Assembly: GCA_963674865.2 (NCBI GenBank)
Contig: CAXXYE010000001.1
Coordinates: 64,001 to 128,000, forward strand
Source: Candidatus Hydrogenedentota bacterium
Lineage (GTDB): Bacteria > Hydrogenedentota > Hydrogenedentia > Hydrogenedentales > SLHB01
Reading direction: 5' to 3'
Length of the DNA stretch: 64,000 nt
Shown: piece after piece, positions 21,270 through 31,793 of the stretch
How positions within the stretch are numbered: the stretch's first letter is position 1
How the letters are laid out: the number at the start of each line of letters is the position of its first letter
Position numbers and translations under genes: made by a program
The notes under the pieces: generated by a model
The model's database searches: none
Told to the model about the DNA's origin: nothing
The model's input: only the letters and a program-made list of their open reading frames with translations

Positions 21270-21434
21270 TTCCTGGGCACGCCTCTCTTTCGTCTCTTGC
21301 GGCTTGGCCGACTCATTGAAGATTCCCGCGAGGTATCGGGACTCTCTTTACATGCGTCTAGCGGAAAGCCCGCCGCGACCTCAGATAGTCCAAATCGCTC
21401 TAGGTACCTCTGCTGCAATGTCGCCAGGCCAGGA

Positions 21435-22757
21435 CTAGAGCCGGATGCTTGTCAGTACCTTCCGCATGATCTCCAGGCTTTCGTCCGCCTCTTCCTGCGT
21501 GATCACCAGCGGCGGGGCCACCCGGATCACGTTGCCGTAAACGCCTACCGATCCCACCAGCAGGCCGTTATTGGCGCAATTCTCGATAATCGGCCGGATA
21601 AGCTCGGGCGCAGGTTCTTTCGACGCCTTGTCCTTCACGAATTCGAGGCCCATTACCAGGCCCATCCCGCGGACGTCGCCAAGATAGGGACAGTCCTCAG
21701 CGATAGACTCAAGTCCTTTCTTCAGATAGGCGCCCATCTTGGCCGAGTTGCCGACGAGATCCACCTGCTCATAGATGTCGAGCACGGCCGATACCGCCGC
21801 GCTGGCTACTGGATTGCCGCCCAGCGTGCTCGACATCTCGCCTTTGCTAAGGCACGAGAACACATCGGACGTTGCCGCCACCGCCGAGACGGGAACGCCG
21901 CACCCGATGGCCTTTCCGATTGCCACGATGTCCGGTTTGAGGCCCTCGTGTTCCATGGCCCACATCATGCCGGTTCGCCCGTACGAAGCCTGGACCTCGT
22001 CCAGCGTGAAGAGCAGGCCGTTGGCGCGTATCCATTCCTCAAGCTTCTTGAGCCAGCCTTCCGGCGGGAAGATGAATCCGGCTGCGCCCTGGTACGGCTC
22101 TACGATCATGCCCGCGAGGCTGCCCGTTGAATTCGCCCGTATCACCGACTCCATGTGCGCGAAGTACTTCTTGAAGGCGGGGCCGTCATCGCACCACCCG
22201 TAGGGATCTCGATAAGGATTGGGGAAGGGCACGCGGAGCGAGCCGGGAATCGTCGGCCCGTATCCCCGCTTCGGTCCTGCCATGCCGCCCATTGCCGCCG
22301 CGCTCGACGTGCGGCCATGAAAGCCGCCCTCGAAGCTGATGACCTCAAACTTGCCCGTCCGCCGCTTCATAAGCCGGCTTGCGGCCTCGGTGACCTCGCT
22401 GCCCGTGCTCAGAAAGAAGCACTTGTCCAGATGCTTGGGCAGGGCGTCCACCAGCCGCTTGGCCGCGTGGATGCGCTGGACGTTCGCGCACTCGTAGTTG
22501 TTGAGCAGTTGGGCGCTCGCCTCTTGCGTCTTTCTGACGAGGTGCGGGTGGCAATGCCCCACGTTCGTTACCAGCACCCCCGAAGTCCAGTCGATATACG
22601 TATTCCCATCGACGTCCGTCACGACGCACCCGCGGCCCGATTCCCACACTACTGGGGCCTGAAAACCAACCACGTCCGCCTCGTACCGGTGCCATTCGTC
22701 GAGGAGCTGCTTACCTTTCGGCCCTGGGAGCGGGCCGTCTACGTGCGTGATGCTCAT
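21435..22757 (-). CDS. Class III PLP aminotransferase
   Basis: FHGR, EPYQG, DEVQ, GKAIG (PLP lysine), STLGGNP. Confidence 0.94.
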   Translation of the reverse strand: MSITHVDGPLPGPKGKQLLDEWHRYEADVVGFQAPVVWESGRGCVVTDVDGNTYIDWTSGVLVTNVGHCHPHLVRKTQEASAQLLNNYECANVQRIHAAKRLVDALPKHLDKCFFLSTGSEVTEAASRLMKRRTGKFEVISFEGGFHGRTSSAAAMGGMAGPKRGYGPTIPGSLRVPFPNPYRDPYGWCDDGPAFKKYFAHMESVIRANSTGSLAGMIVEPYQGAAGFIFPPEGWLKKLEEWIRANGLLFTLDEVQASYGRTGMMWAMEHEGLKPDIVAIGKAIGCGVPVSAVAATSDVFSCLSKGEMSSTLGGNPVASAAVSAVLDIYEQVDLVGNSAKMGAYLKKGLESIAEDCPYLGDVRGMGLVMGLEFVKDKASKEPAPELIRPIIENCANNGLLVGSVGVYGNVIRVAPPLVITQEEADESLEIMRKVLTSIRL

Positions 22758-23761
22758 TGGCTGCCTTCTTCCTCCAGTACTTCCGGATTAACGACGCAAC
22801 GGGCCGGCCGGCCCTCGGCGAAGGCCAGGATATCGTCCAGGATGCTCTTGCGGATCTCCTGGCCCGCTTCCTCCGATGCCCACGCCATATGCGGCGACAA
22901 GACGACGTTCTCCAGTCCGAATAACGGATAGTCCGGCGGCGGGGGCTCGACGTCATACACATCGATCGCGGCGCCGGCGATGTGGCGTGCCTTGAGTGCC
23001 TCGGCCAGCGCGTCGGCGTCTACCATGCCGCCACGCGATGTGTTGACGAGATATGCCGTTGGCTTCATCCAGTCCAACGACGTGGCGTTGACGATATGTC
23101 GCGTCTCATCCGTCAGTGGCGTGTGGACGGTGATGTAGTCCGCCGTTCGGAAAAGCTCCTCACGCGGTACAAGCGGGATGCCCAACTCCTTGATCCGCTC
23201 TTCGCTGAGGTAAGGGTCGCAGCCGATGATGCTGAAGCCGAAGCTTTTCAGCTTGAGATACACCCGGCTGCCGATGCGGCCCACTCCGACAATTCCCAGC
23301 GTCTTGCCTTCCAGCCGGTACACGGGGAAGAGATCCGAGAAGTCCCACTGGCCCTTTGCGCTGGACTCATCGAGCGTCTTGCGCCCCCAGACGACCTTGC
23401 GCGCGCACGCGAAGATCAAGGCGATGGCGTGCTCCGCCACGTCCACCTTGCAGTAGTCCGGCTGGTACGCGAACTGGATGCCCAGCCGCGTGCACGCCTC
23501 CACGTCCACGTTGTCGTAACCGATCCCGTGGCGGATCAGCAGCTTGCACGCCTTCAGCCGCGACAGCAGCGACTCCGTCATCTTCACCATATTGACGACG
23601 ACTACATCCGCGTCGCCGATGGCTTCGACGACCTCGTCTTCCGGCCGGAATTTGAGCTGATACGCCGCGAAGTCTATCCCGCGCTTCGCCAGTTCCTCGG
23701 CCTCCCAGTCGAGGTTGTCCTCGATGTAATCGGTGACCACAACTTTTACTCGTTCACTCAT
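22754..23761 (-). CDS. D-isomer-specific 2-hydroxyacid dehydrogenase
   Basis: GIGYDNVD, GVGRIG, NTSRG, DVYDVEP, SPHMA. Confidence 0.94.
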   Translation of the reverse strand: MSERVKVVVTDYIEDNLDWEAEELAKRGIDFAAYQLKFRPEDEVVEAIGDADVVVVNMVKMTESLLSRLKACKLLIRHGIGYDNVDVEACTRLGIQFAYQPDYCKVDVAEHAIALIFACARKVVWGRKTLDESSAKGQWDFSDLFPVYRLEGKTLGIVGVGRIGSRVYLKLKSFGFSIIGCDPYLSEERIKELGIPLVPREELFRTADYITVHTPLTDETRHIVNATSLDWMKPTAYLVNTSRGGMVDADALAEALKARHIAGAAIDVYDVEPPPPDYPLFGLENVVLSPHMAWASEEAGQEIRKSILDDILAFAEGRPARCVVNPEVLEEEGSQ

Positions 23762-23804
23762 TCGATGCTCGTATCCTTTCTCAATGGCCGGTCCTTGTCC
23801 GTCT

Positions 23805-24878
23805 TCAACGGCGGACCTTGGCCCATCGCTTCTCGTTGGCGGATCGATACACCGCCTCTACGACTTTCAAAACCGCAACGGCGTCCTCGCCGGTGATGAA
23901 GGGCATCGCATTCTTGCGAATCGCCTCCGCGAACCCGCGCACGTATTCATAGCCCATGAAGCCGCCGTAACCGGCTACGCGCTCCAGCGTGAACTCCTGC
24001 TGGCGTATCGGCGCGCCCGCGAATTCCGGCGCGTCGCTGCACACTTGTAGCACGTCGGCTTCCCCTTCAAAAGCCGGCGCCCACGACAGCACACCTTTCG
24101 TGCCGCGCACCGACAGGTAGAGATCGCGCCCGTGCGGATATGCGTCCGGCACGGTGTAGCTGATATCGAGCGCCAGAATCGTGCCCTTCGAGAAGCGCAG
24201 ATGTGCGTACGAATTGTCCTCGATGGCATAGCGTTGGTTCACTTTCACGTTCTGTCCCGACACCTCGACGACTTCGTCGCCGAGCATCCATCGGAAGAGG
24301 TCGATCCAATGCACGCCCAGGTTGTAGATCGGCCCGCCGCCCGAACGCTTCGGATCGAGCATCCAGGCTGCGTTCCCTTGGATGTATCGCTCGACGCGTC
24401 CCGCGGCGCACCGGCCTTCGGCGCCCACCACGCGGCCCACGGCCCCGCTCTCGATGAGCCGCTTGAACTCCACGGCCGCCGGATGAAGGCGCCAGCAGTA
24501 GCCCGTCGTCATCTTCACGCCCGCGGCGTGGGCGGCCCGCGCGACGCGCGCCGCGCCCTTCGCGTCCGCCGCTACGGGCTTCTCCACCATCAGGTGCACG
24601 CCTTTCCTGGCGCACGCGGAAGCCGCGGCCGGGCACTCATCGTGGGGAAGGAAGATGGCCGCGATGTCCAGTTCCTCGGCCTTCAGCATCGCGCCGAGTT
24701 CGGCGTAGCCCCTAAGGCCGAAGTCGGCGCAGAAAGGCTCCCGGAGCTTCTTGTCGGCTTCGGCCACGGCAACGATCTCTGTGGCCGGTACGGCATCGAA
24801 CAACGGCATGTATAGCCGGGGGTGCAGATGCCCCAGCCCGACAATTCCCACGTTAAGCACGCGTTTCTTCGCTGTCAT
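23805..24878 (-). CDS. Gfo/Idh/MocA oxidoreductase
   Basis: VGIVGLG, VEKPVA, GGGPIYNLGVHWID. Start trimmed to MTAKKR to avoid overlap with the upstream gene. Confidence 0.92.
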   Translation of the reverse strand: MTAKKRVLNVGIVGLGHLHPRLYMPLFDAVPATEIVAVAEADKKLREPFCADFGLRGYAELGAMLKAEELDIAAIFLPHDECPAAASACARKGVHLMVEKPVAADAKGAARVARAAHAAGVKMTTGYCWRLHPAAVEFKRLIESGAVGRVVGAEGRCAAGRVERYIQGNAAWMLDPKRSGGGPIYNLGVHWIDLFRWMLGDEVVEVSGQNVKVNQRYAIEDNSYAHLRFSKGTILALDISYTVPDAYPHGRDLYLSVRGTKGVLSWAPAFEGEADVLQVCSDAPEFAGAPIRQQEFTLERVAGYGGFMGYEYVRGFAEAIRKNAMPFITGEDAVAVLKVVEAVYRSANEKRWAKVRR

Positions 24879-24915
24879 GGCTGCTCTCCCAAGCGCGCGG
24901 GCGGCGTGGCCCAGG

Positions 24916-26097
24916 TTATAGTCTTGCGACCTCGACCTCTTCTCCGTTCCGCTCATCCGAAAGATACGCGGCGTAGATCGCCGCCGTCGTGTCCAAGGCC
25001 AGATCGAGGCCCGATTGCGGCTCCGAGCCCGTCGCTGCGCACATGATGAAATCCTGTAGTTCGCTCTGGTACCCCATGGTGAAATGCTCGTCACACGGCG
25101 AAGGCGACCACCCTTCCTGGGTGCTGGCCTTCTCGACGAGGTACACGTCGGCAAACTGTTCGCCCCGCGGATTGTACGTGTCAACCACATGGACGGGACT
25201 GATGCGGCACTGCGTCCGATGATTGTTCGCAAACACCTCGATGTAATCGTACACCCCGCCGAGGACGATTTCGCTTGTCATCACATCGCAGACGGTGCCG
25301 TCCTCAAACGTCACGTGCATGAATCCATAGTCCTCGATATCGTGGTAGTCCGTCCGTAGGAAGCCTGCGTCGCGGTACTCCGGCAGGCGCGTGAGTTGGT
25401 GTGTTCTTCCGGAGACGGCCTTCGGCCGGATCGGAGCGCCTCCCCGCGTTAGGCCTTCCACGCGCTTCAAGTACAACATCCCCGTCAGCGGGTGGCAGCC
25501 TTTCCCGATCAGTGAGCCACCGCCGCTGTAACGCCAGATGCCGTACACCGGCGACGCCGAACCCTTGTGTGATTCCTCGCCCACCATTCGGAGCACCTGT
25601 GCCCCCGATTTCTCGATGATCTCACGTTCTTTCTGTACGCTCGGCGTATAGACGAAGTTCTCCGCGTAACCGAAGAAGATACCGGACTCGCGAACGGCCG
25701 CCCCGATACGTCCCAGACGGGCGACTACCTCCTCGAACATCGCCTTCTTGGGCGCTGTGTCGCCGCGGTACGCGTCATCCGCATCTTCCGGGCCGAAATA
25801 GCCTGTCAGCGGCTTCTCGCAGATGACCCCCTTGCCTCGGCGTGCCGCCTCGATGATAGCCTCCTCATGCGCGTATGGCGGCGAGCAGACGTCGATCACA
25901 TCCACGTGCTCCAGCATCGCTTCGACGCTGTCGTAGACGGGAACGCCGTGTTCCTGCCCGAATGCCGCCCGGCGTTTCTCCCGCAAGGAGGTCACGCCGG
26001 CCACCTCCAGGTCGACGCCGTATACTCGTTCAAGACACTCATGATGGTATGCACCGGCCATTCCAACGCCCACAATGCCCACTCTCAGCCTGCTCAT
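24916..26097 (-). CDS. Gfo/Idh/MocA oxidoreductase
   Basis: VGIVGVG, CEKPL, GGGSLIGKGCHP. Confidence 0.9.
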   Translation of the reverse strand: MSRLRVGIVGVGMAGAYHHECLERVYGVDLEVAGVTSLREKRRAAFGQEHGVPVYDSVEAMLEHVDVIDVCSPPYAHEEAIIEAARRGKGVICEKPLTGYFGPEDADDAYRGDTAPKKAMFEEVVARLGRIGAAVRESGIFFGYAENFVYTPSVQKEREIIEKSGAQVLRMVGEESHKGSASPVYGIWRYSGGGSLIGKGCHPLTGMLYLKRVEGLTRGGAPIRPKAVSGRTHQLTRLPEYRDAGFLRTDYHDIEDYGFMHVTFEDGTVCDVMTSEIVLGGVYDYIEVFANNHRTQCRISPVHVVDTYNPRGEQFADVYLVEKASTQEGWSPSPCDEHFTMGYQSELQDFIMCAATGSEPQSGLDLALDTTAAIYAAYLSDERNGEEVEVARL

Positions 26098-26311
26098 GGG
26101 AAATCCTTACCTTGAAGTACGTGTCAGAAAGAAACGCGGAGCAGCGGCCATTATAACCATCCGCCTGCGGCCCCTTGCAAACGCCGGCCCTGCGGTGCAG
26201 CAGACCTTGTGAGGCCATATCCTCCGTTTGTTACGCCGCACGTGATGTCGTATCATACTGGGCCTTGCCCGTCTTGCGGAGGTTGCGGCCGGGGCCGCGG
26301 AGTCTGGCAAC

Positions 26312-27394
26312 ATGACGCATCGGGAACGCTTCTGCCGGCTATACGACTTTCAGAAGGTCGACCGTCCGACCCGCTGGGAGGCAGTCGCCTTCTGGCCGCA
26401 AACCGTACGCGAATGGAAGGCGTCCGGCGGGCTGCCCGAAGACGCAGATGTCATGGCCCATTACGGATTCGATCCATGGCCTATCATAACCGGCGGCCTC
26501 GGAGGTACCTCCATGCGCCTATCCGGCCCCGAAGTGACGTCGCGCGTCGTTCGGGACGAGGGCGACACCCAGGTTTGGCAAGACGACCTTGGCAAGGTGT
26601 GGCGCGTCCGTTCCGATGGCGGGGAGAGCATGCCCCGTTGGATACGGTTTCCCGTCGAGAGTCACACCGACTGGCTCAATAAGATCAAGCCGCGTCTCGA
26701 TCCCGCCGCCCATGATTACGGCGCCCTAATCGAGCAATCCCGCGCTGTCTCCGATTCTCAGGGCCCGGTTGGCTGCTTCCTTGTTGGCCTTTATGCCTTC
26801 TGGCGGAACTTCTGGGGAATGGAGAAGCTCTCTTACGCCTTCTTTGAAGCCCCGCATACCCTCCACGACATGGCCAGGACCTGGCTAAGGATGCACTGTG
26901 AATGTACCCCCCGTGTCTTCGAGTCCGTTAACGTCGATTACATGCTCTTCCACGAGGATATGGCCTTCAAGAACGGCCCGCTCATCGGGCCCGACCTCTT
27001 CGACGCCTTCATGGCCCCTTACTACCGGGAGTTCCTGGACCACTTGCGCGGGTATGGCCAACATCGGTTCATGGTCGATTCCGACGGCCACAACGGCCCC
27101 GTGCTCGACCGCTTCATTGCCCTCGGCATTAACGGCCTTTTCCCATTCGAGGTGGCCGCGGGCTACGATATCGGTCGCGTCCGCGCCGAGCGCCCCGGCT
27201 TCTTTATTTGGGGCGGCATCGACAAGCGTGTCCTGCTCGAAGGAAAGGACGCCATCAAGCGTGAAGTGATAGAGAAGGTGCCTGCTGTCTGGGAAACCGG
27301 GGGCTTCATACCCGCCATTGATCATGCGATCCCGCCGTGTCCCCAGGAGAACTTCGAGTACTTCCTGGAATTAACGCGAAGTCTGTTCCAATAG
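26312..27394 (+). CDS. URO-D-fold protein (Asp/His-ligand subtype)
   Basis: MTHRERF start, EDMAFKNGPLIGP, VDSDG, GGIDK, GGFIPAIDH. Confidence 0.85.
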   Translation: MTHRERFCRLYDFQKVDRPTRWEAVAFWPQTVREWKASGGLPEDADVMAHYGFDPWPIITGGLGGTSMRLSGPEVTSRVVRDEGDTQVWQDDLGKVWRVRSDGGESMPRWIRFPVESHTDWLNKIKPRLDPAAHDYGALIEQSRAVSDSQGPVGCFLVGLYAFWRNFWGMEKLSYAFFEAPHTLHDMARTWLRMHCECTPRVFESVNVDYMLFHEDMAFKNGPLIGPDLFDAFMAPYYREFLDHLRGYGQHRFMVDSDGHNGPVLDRFIALGINGLFPFEVAAGYDIGRVRAERPGFFIWGGIDKRVLLEGKDAIKREVIEKVPAVWETGGFIPAIDHAIPPCPQENFEYFLELTRSLFQ

Positions 27395-27450
27395 CGAAAG
27401 CGCGGCCATCGTTGGATGCCATCGTGCGGCCGCTCGCCGGAGGATTGCCG

Positions 27451-30234
27451 ATGTCATGCCGCAAACGTACTCCAGCTCGCGTGAATCCCGTGCTACGCCA
27501 TGAGGCGGAGAAACGCCTCAATCTCGACGGCCAGTGGGCCTTTGCTCTCGACCCGCACAAGCAGGGCCTGGCCGATGGGTGGCCACAGGATCCCGGCGCA
27601 CTCGATGGCCGCATCGAGGTACCGGGCACCTGGCAGGGACAGGGCTTTGGCGGGGACGAGAAGGAGTGCGTACGCGATTTCCGCCTCTGGGCGCGGACCT
27701 TTCGCGCTACGTACACCGGCACCGGATGGTACGGTAAGGCCTTCTCCGTACCGCCCGAGTGGGCCGGCTCGCGCGTGTGGCTCAACTTCGGGGGCGTTCA
27801 TCCCAGCGCGGAGGTCTGGCTCAACGGCGTGCGGCTTGGTTATAACAATCTGCCCTTTGTTCCCTTCGCCTTCGAGATCAGCGACTTCCTGCAGCCCGGC
27901 AAGGCCAATCATCTGGCTGTCCGCGTCCATGAACGGAACCGCTGGCTCGGCTTCGCTTACAACTGGCAGGGCAACTGGTCCGGCCTTTATCGCGGCGTCG
28001 AACTGACCGCCACGGGCTCCATCGGCTTCGAGCGTTTTTGGGTGTGTCCCAGCGTTGAAGAGCGGGCACTCCGGCTGAGAGTGCGCCTTGATGGATTCTG
28101 TCCGTCCGGCGGCCCGCTTGCTCTCCATGTCGCGGCCCGTCACATAGACAGCGACGCCGACGTCATCGAAAGGACCTTCGAGTTTGGCCAGCGTGAAGCC
28201 GAACTGGCCCTACCCATCCCCGACCCCCGCCTCTGGAGTCCGGACACGCCTAACCTCTACCGCATCGATGCGAGCCTCTTGCAGGATGGCGCGGTCATGG
28301 ACGCGTGTGCCGAACGCGTAGGATTCGTCAGTCTCGCGGGCAAGGATAAGCAACTCCTCATCAACGGCGAGCCTTACTACATTCGCGGTACTGGCGATTT
28401 TGTGGCCTGTCCCGAAACGGGAAGCCCCGACACCGACCGCGGCCGTTGGCGTCGCAAACTCCGGACGCTGCGCGATTACGGCTACAACATGGTGCGCTGC
28501 CAATCCTATGTCTACACGCCCGAGTACCTCGACGTGGCGGACGAAGTGGGCCTGCTCATCCAGAGTGAAATGGGTATGCTCGGTGGGTGGGGCGGGATGG
28601 ACGTCTATCACGACTACTCGTGGCCGATGCCGACGCCCGACTGCCGGGCACTTCTCAAGCGGCAATGGGACAACGTCGTCATGCGTGACGTCACCCACCC
28701 TTCCGCCAATGTCTACTGCATGAGCAACGAACTCGCCTTCTTCTACTACGCGCGCACCGCCCGCCAATGCTACGAGGACACCAAGGCCATCAAACCCTCC
28801 GCCATGGTCATTTGGACGGACGGCCGCCACCATGAGAGTTTTCCCGCCGACTTCCTGAATGCTGAGGCCGGTATCGACCCGGGCAAAGACGCCGATAAGC
28901 CCCTTATCCAGCACGAGTATCGCTGGTGGAGTACGTTCCCTGACGTGCGTCTCGCGGACAAGTATTCCGGGGCCATTCGCCCCTACGGCGCCGAAATGGC
29001 CATGGAGTGCGCCGCCGCCCACGGTATTGCCCATGTACTGCCCCAGGCCGCAGAGAATAGCTGCCGCGTCCAGTTCATCGAAGCCAAAGGCAAGATGGAG
29101 GCGTGCCGCCGCGAGCATCCCATGCTCGCGGGCATCTCGCATTTTAACGCCATGGACCTTAACCCTTCGCCCCAAGGCATCATCGACGAGTTCTACGAGC
29201 GCAAGTACGCGGATGCTTCCACCTGGCGCCAGACTAATGGCGACACCGTGGTTTTGTGCAACCTTGCGTTTGACGGCCGGGCCCTTGCCGCCGGCGACAC
29301 CCTCCGCTGCGGCTTGGCTGTCTCGGACTTCTCCCATCCGCCGCTCCAACACCCGAGCATCGAGTGGAAGATTGAGAGTGGGGGAGAGGTCCTCGCGTTC
29401 GGGCGGGCCGACTTCGACCACCGCCCCTATCGCACCTGTCCCGCCGGAGATATCGAGTTCGTTGTTCCACCGGTTGCGAGCCCCCGAAAGGCGCGTCTGC
29501 GTGCCGTGCTCTTCGAGGGGGAGCGGCGCTTCACCAATACCTGGCATCTATGGCTTTTCCCAAGCGATACACGTCTGCCCGCGGGAGTCGCAGTCTACGG
29601 GGCGCCGAAATACACTTGGCTGAAGGATGTGGTGGAGTTGCCGGCCGTGGACGAAAGAGGACTCGATGTCGACAGGCTCCGCTTGATCCTCAGTGAGTGT
29701 CTCGACGACGCTCTTATTGAGTTTGCACGTGCGGGTGGGCGTGTCCTGCTTGCCGCCTCCGAGGGACTCTTGCGCCCGTTCCCGCCGAAGCTCGGCCTTA
29801 ATGTGGGCCGGTACTTTTTCACGCCGCCTGCCAACTATCCCCCGTACGAGTCCGGCCACAACGCCACCATCATCCTTGACCACCCGATGCTTGGCGCCAT
29901 GCCGCATAGAGGTTTCGCAGACCTCCACTTCTACCGCATGATCGCCGAATCCCCCGCTATCGACCTCGAGCCCCTCGGCCTGAACGATACCGACCCCGTC
30001 ATCCGCGCCATTCATTCTTACCCGGTTGGCCGGTCGCTCGGCTACATCGTCGAGCGCTTCCTCGGCCGCGGCGGTATCGTCATTTCTGCCCTCGACCTCA
30101 ATCCCGCGTGGCCCGAAGCCCGCTATCTCTTCGCCGAGCTGGCCGCCTACGCAGCGGGCGATGCGTTCTGTCCCAGCGCGGTGCTGTCGGAGGCGGCCTT
30201 GGCGGCCCTTATCGAGGCCACCGCGCTTCCCTGA
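27451..30234 (+). CDS. Glycoside hydrolase family 2
   Basis: LNLDGQWAF, VWLNFGGV, LWSPDTPNLY, DEVGLLI, acid/base motif MSNE, candidate nucleophile QHEY. Confidence 0.85.
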   Translation: MSCRKRTPARVNPVLRHEAEKRLNLDGQWAFALDPHKQGLADGWPQDPGALDGRIEVPGTWQGQGFGGDEKECVRDFRLWARTFRATYTGTGWYGKAFSVPPEWAGSRVWLNFGGVHPSAEVWLNGVRLGYNNLPFVPFAFEISDFLQPGKANHLAVRVHERNRWLGFAYNWQGNWSGLYRGVELTATGSIGFERFWVCPSVEERALRLRVRLDGFCPSGGPLALHVAARHIDSDADVIERTFEFGQREAELALPIPDPRLWSPDTPNLYRIDASLLQDGAVMDACAERVGFVSLAGKDKQLLINGEPYYIRGTGDFVACPETGSPDTDRGRWRRKLRTLRDYGYNMVRCQSYVYTPEYLDVADEVGLLIQSEMGMLGGWGGMDVYHDYSWPMPTPDCRALLKRQWDNVVMRDVTHPSANVYCMSNELAFFYYARTARQCYEDTKAIKPSAMVIWTDGRHHESFPADFLNAEAGIDPGKDADKPLIQHEYRWWSTFPDVRLADKYSGAIRPYGAEMAMECAAAHGIAHVLPQAAENSCRVQFIEAKGKMEACRREHPMLAGISHFNAMDLNPSPQGIIDEFYERKYADASTWRQTNGDTVVLCNLAFDGRALAAGDTLRCGLAVSDFSHPPLQHPSIEWKIESGGEVLAFGRADFDHRPYRTCPAGDIEFVVPPVASPRKARLRAVLFEGERRFTNTWHLWLFPSDTRLPAGVAVYGAPKYTWLKDVVELPAVDERGLDVDRLRLILSECLDDALIEFARAGGRVLLAASEGLLRPFPPKLGLNVGRYFFTPPANYPPYESGHNATIILDHPMLGAMPHRGFADLHFYRMIAESPAIDLEPLGLNDTDPVIRAIHSYPVGRSLGYIVERFLGRGGIVISALDLNPAWPEARYLFAELAAYAAGDAFCPSAVLSEAALAALIEATALP

Positions 30235-30239
30235 TGCGG

Positions 30240-31793
30240 CTAAGACGCCGCGCGCATACCGCTCGATGCCCCAAGAGCAGCCTTGATCTTAGGGCAGAGG
30301 AAGTCCGCGATCAATCCGTGGCCATAGCTGGATGGATGCACGTTATCCCACCAGACGAAGCCATTATCATAGCGCTCGGCCAAGTATCCGTGCAGGTCTA
30401 CGACCTCTATCGCGTGGGCTTCGGCGACCTGGCGCATGACGGCATGAAGGGGCAGGCCGTTGGGCGCATGCTCAATCGAGTTGGGCTCAAGGCAGAACAG
30501 CGTCTTGATCCCCCGCGTCTTGTTGAGTTCCGCCAACTGTGTAAGGCCCTGCTCGAAAGCCATCGGCACCTTGTCATTGTTGCTCAGGTTGACGATAACC
30601 AGGTCCGCTTGGAAGGCCAACCACTCCGCCTTGTAGAGTTCGGCGGCCTCTTCGGCCTTCAGGCCTTGGATGCCTGCGTTGATACACTCATAGCGCTCGT
30701 TAGGCCCGGCCTTGGTGTTCAGTCGCCTCTCACTCTGCGGGACGTAGCCGTCTGCCACGCGAGTCGCCCCCTCGCCCCATGTCTGAGAGGAACCGAGAAA
30801 GAGGATTCTTGTTGTGTTGGGAGCTCTTTCGACGGCGTGTCTGGCCCGGATGGCCTTCCGGGCCCTGGCAACTCTCTTCTGCGCCACATCCGGCTCGACC
30901 AAGGCCTGTAGTGTTTGCAGGTACCTGCCCGACAGCGACATGCCGTAGGCCGTGCTCCAGCAGACGCTCACCACCGTCAGGGTCGCGCTGAACACTACCA
31001 CGGCGATGGCCGTATCGCGGAATCCCTTGATAAAGAAGCGCATAAGCATCCAGTAGGCTATCAGAATGGCTGCCAATGCCGCCGTCGTCTGTAGGATGAC
31101 CGTGACGATACCTTGCCTATTTGAGAAGTTCTCCCGGACACGTTCGGCTCCGTCCTGCTGGATTACCTTGACATCGTCGATGAAGGCCGGTTCAAGGCCT
31201 CCGTGAAAGCCAACGCGTCCCTTCAACGCGGGGACTCCCGGCAAGTCGATATCGCAGCTATCATTGAGCGTCAGCAGCGCCCCGCTCTCATGGAATCTAA
31301 GGCGGCAAGTATTCCACGTATTGGCGCGGATCTCGCTGCAATTGAAAGGCTGCTTCTCGAGAAAGGCGCCATCATCGCGCACTTGAAGATAGGCGTTTTC
31401 AAAAAGCGGATCTACGGATAATCGAACGGCCGAATACTCCGGACGGCCCCTTCCGAACACCAGATTGACGTAGGCGCCGTCCTGAAGCATGAAGCGGAAG
31501 TCGATTTCACGCGGCACGAGCCTTTTCTTGAGGGAGACCTCGTGAAACCCGTGCCACGCCCCTAGATTCAGCCGTCCGCGCGCCAGGGCTTGTGTCCCCA
31601 GCACGAAGGGCTTCGCCCCCATAGGGGGCTTCTCGAAGGTCCGTTTCGTGCACTCCCAGCGCGCATTGTGCGCCAACGTGTTCTCGCTGGCCAGAATGCC
31701 GAGGCTTGCGGCGGCGACGGTTACGCCCATGGAAGCAACCAGCAGGCACAGCAGAATTGCCCTTCGCCAAGTGAAGTACCGTCGGGACAGCAT
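30240..31793 (-). CDS. Membrane-anchored SGNH-family hydrolase/acyltransferase with N-terminal beta-sandwich domain
   Basis: Hydrophobic N-terminal and central helices; C-terminal LGSSQTWG, INAG, NLSNND and DNVHP blocks. Confidence 0.7.
   Translation of the reverse strand: MLSRRYFTWRRAILLCLLVASMGVTVAAASLGILASENTLAHNARWECTKRTFEKPPMGAKPFVLGTQALARGRLNLGAWHGFHEVSLKKRLVPREIDFRFMLQDGAYVNLVFGRGRPEYSAVRLSVDPLFENAYLQVRDDGAFLEKQPFNCSEIRANTWNTCRLRFHESGALLTLNDSCDIDLPGVPALKGRVGFHGGLEPAFIDDVKVIQQDGAERVRENFSNRQGIVTVILQTTAALAAILIAYWMLMRFFIKGFRDTAIAVVVFSATLTVVSVCWSTAYGMSLSGRYLQTLQALVEPDVAQKRVARARKAIRARHAVERAPNTTRILFLGSSQTWGEGATRVADGYVPQSERRLNTKAGPNERYECINAGIQGLKAEEAAELYKAEWLAFQADLVIVNLSNNDKVPMAFEQGLTQLAELNKTRGIKTLFCLEPNSIEHAPNGLPLHAVMRQVAEAHAIEVVDLHGYLAERYDNGFVWWDNVHPSSYGHGLIADFLCPKIKAALGASSGMRAAS

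Noticed and set aside
20268..22130. 620-aa plus-strand ORF and similar long antisense ORFs (e.g. 28210-29547, 45107-46348)
   Set aside because: Shadow frames opposite well-supported genes, as expected in high-GC DNA.
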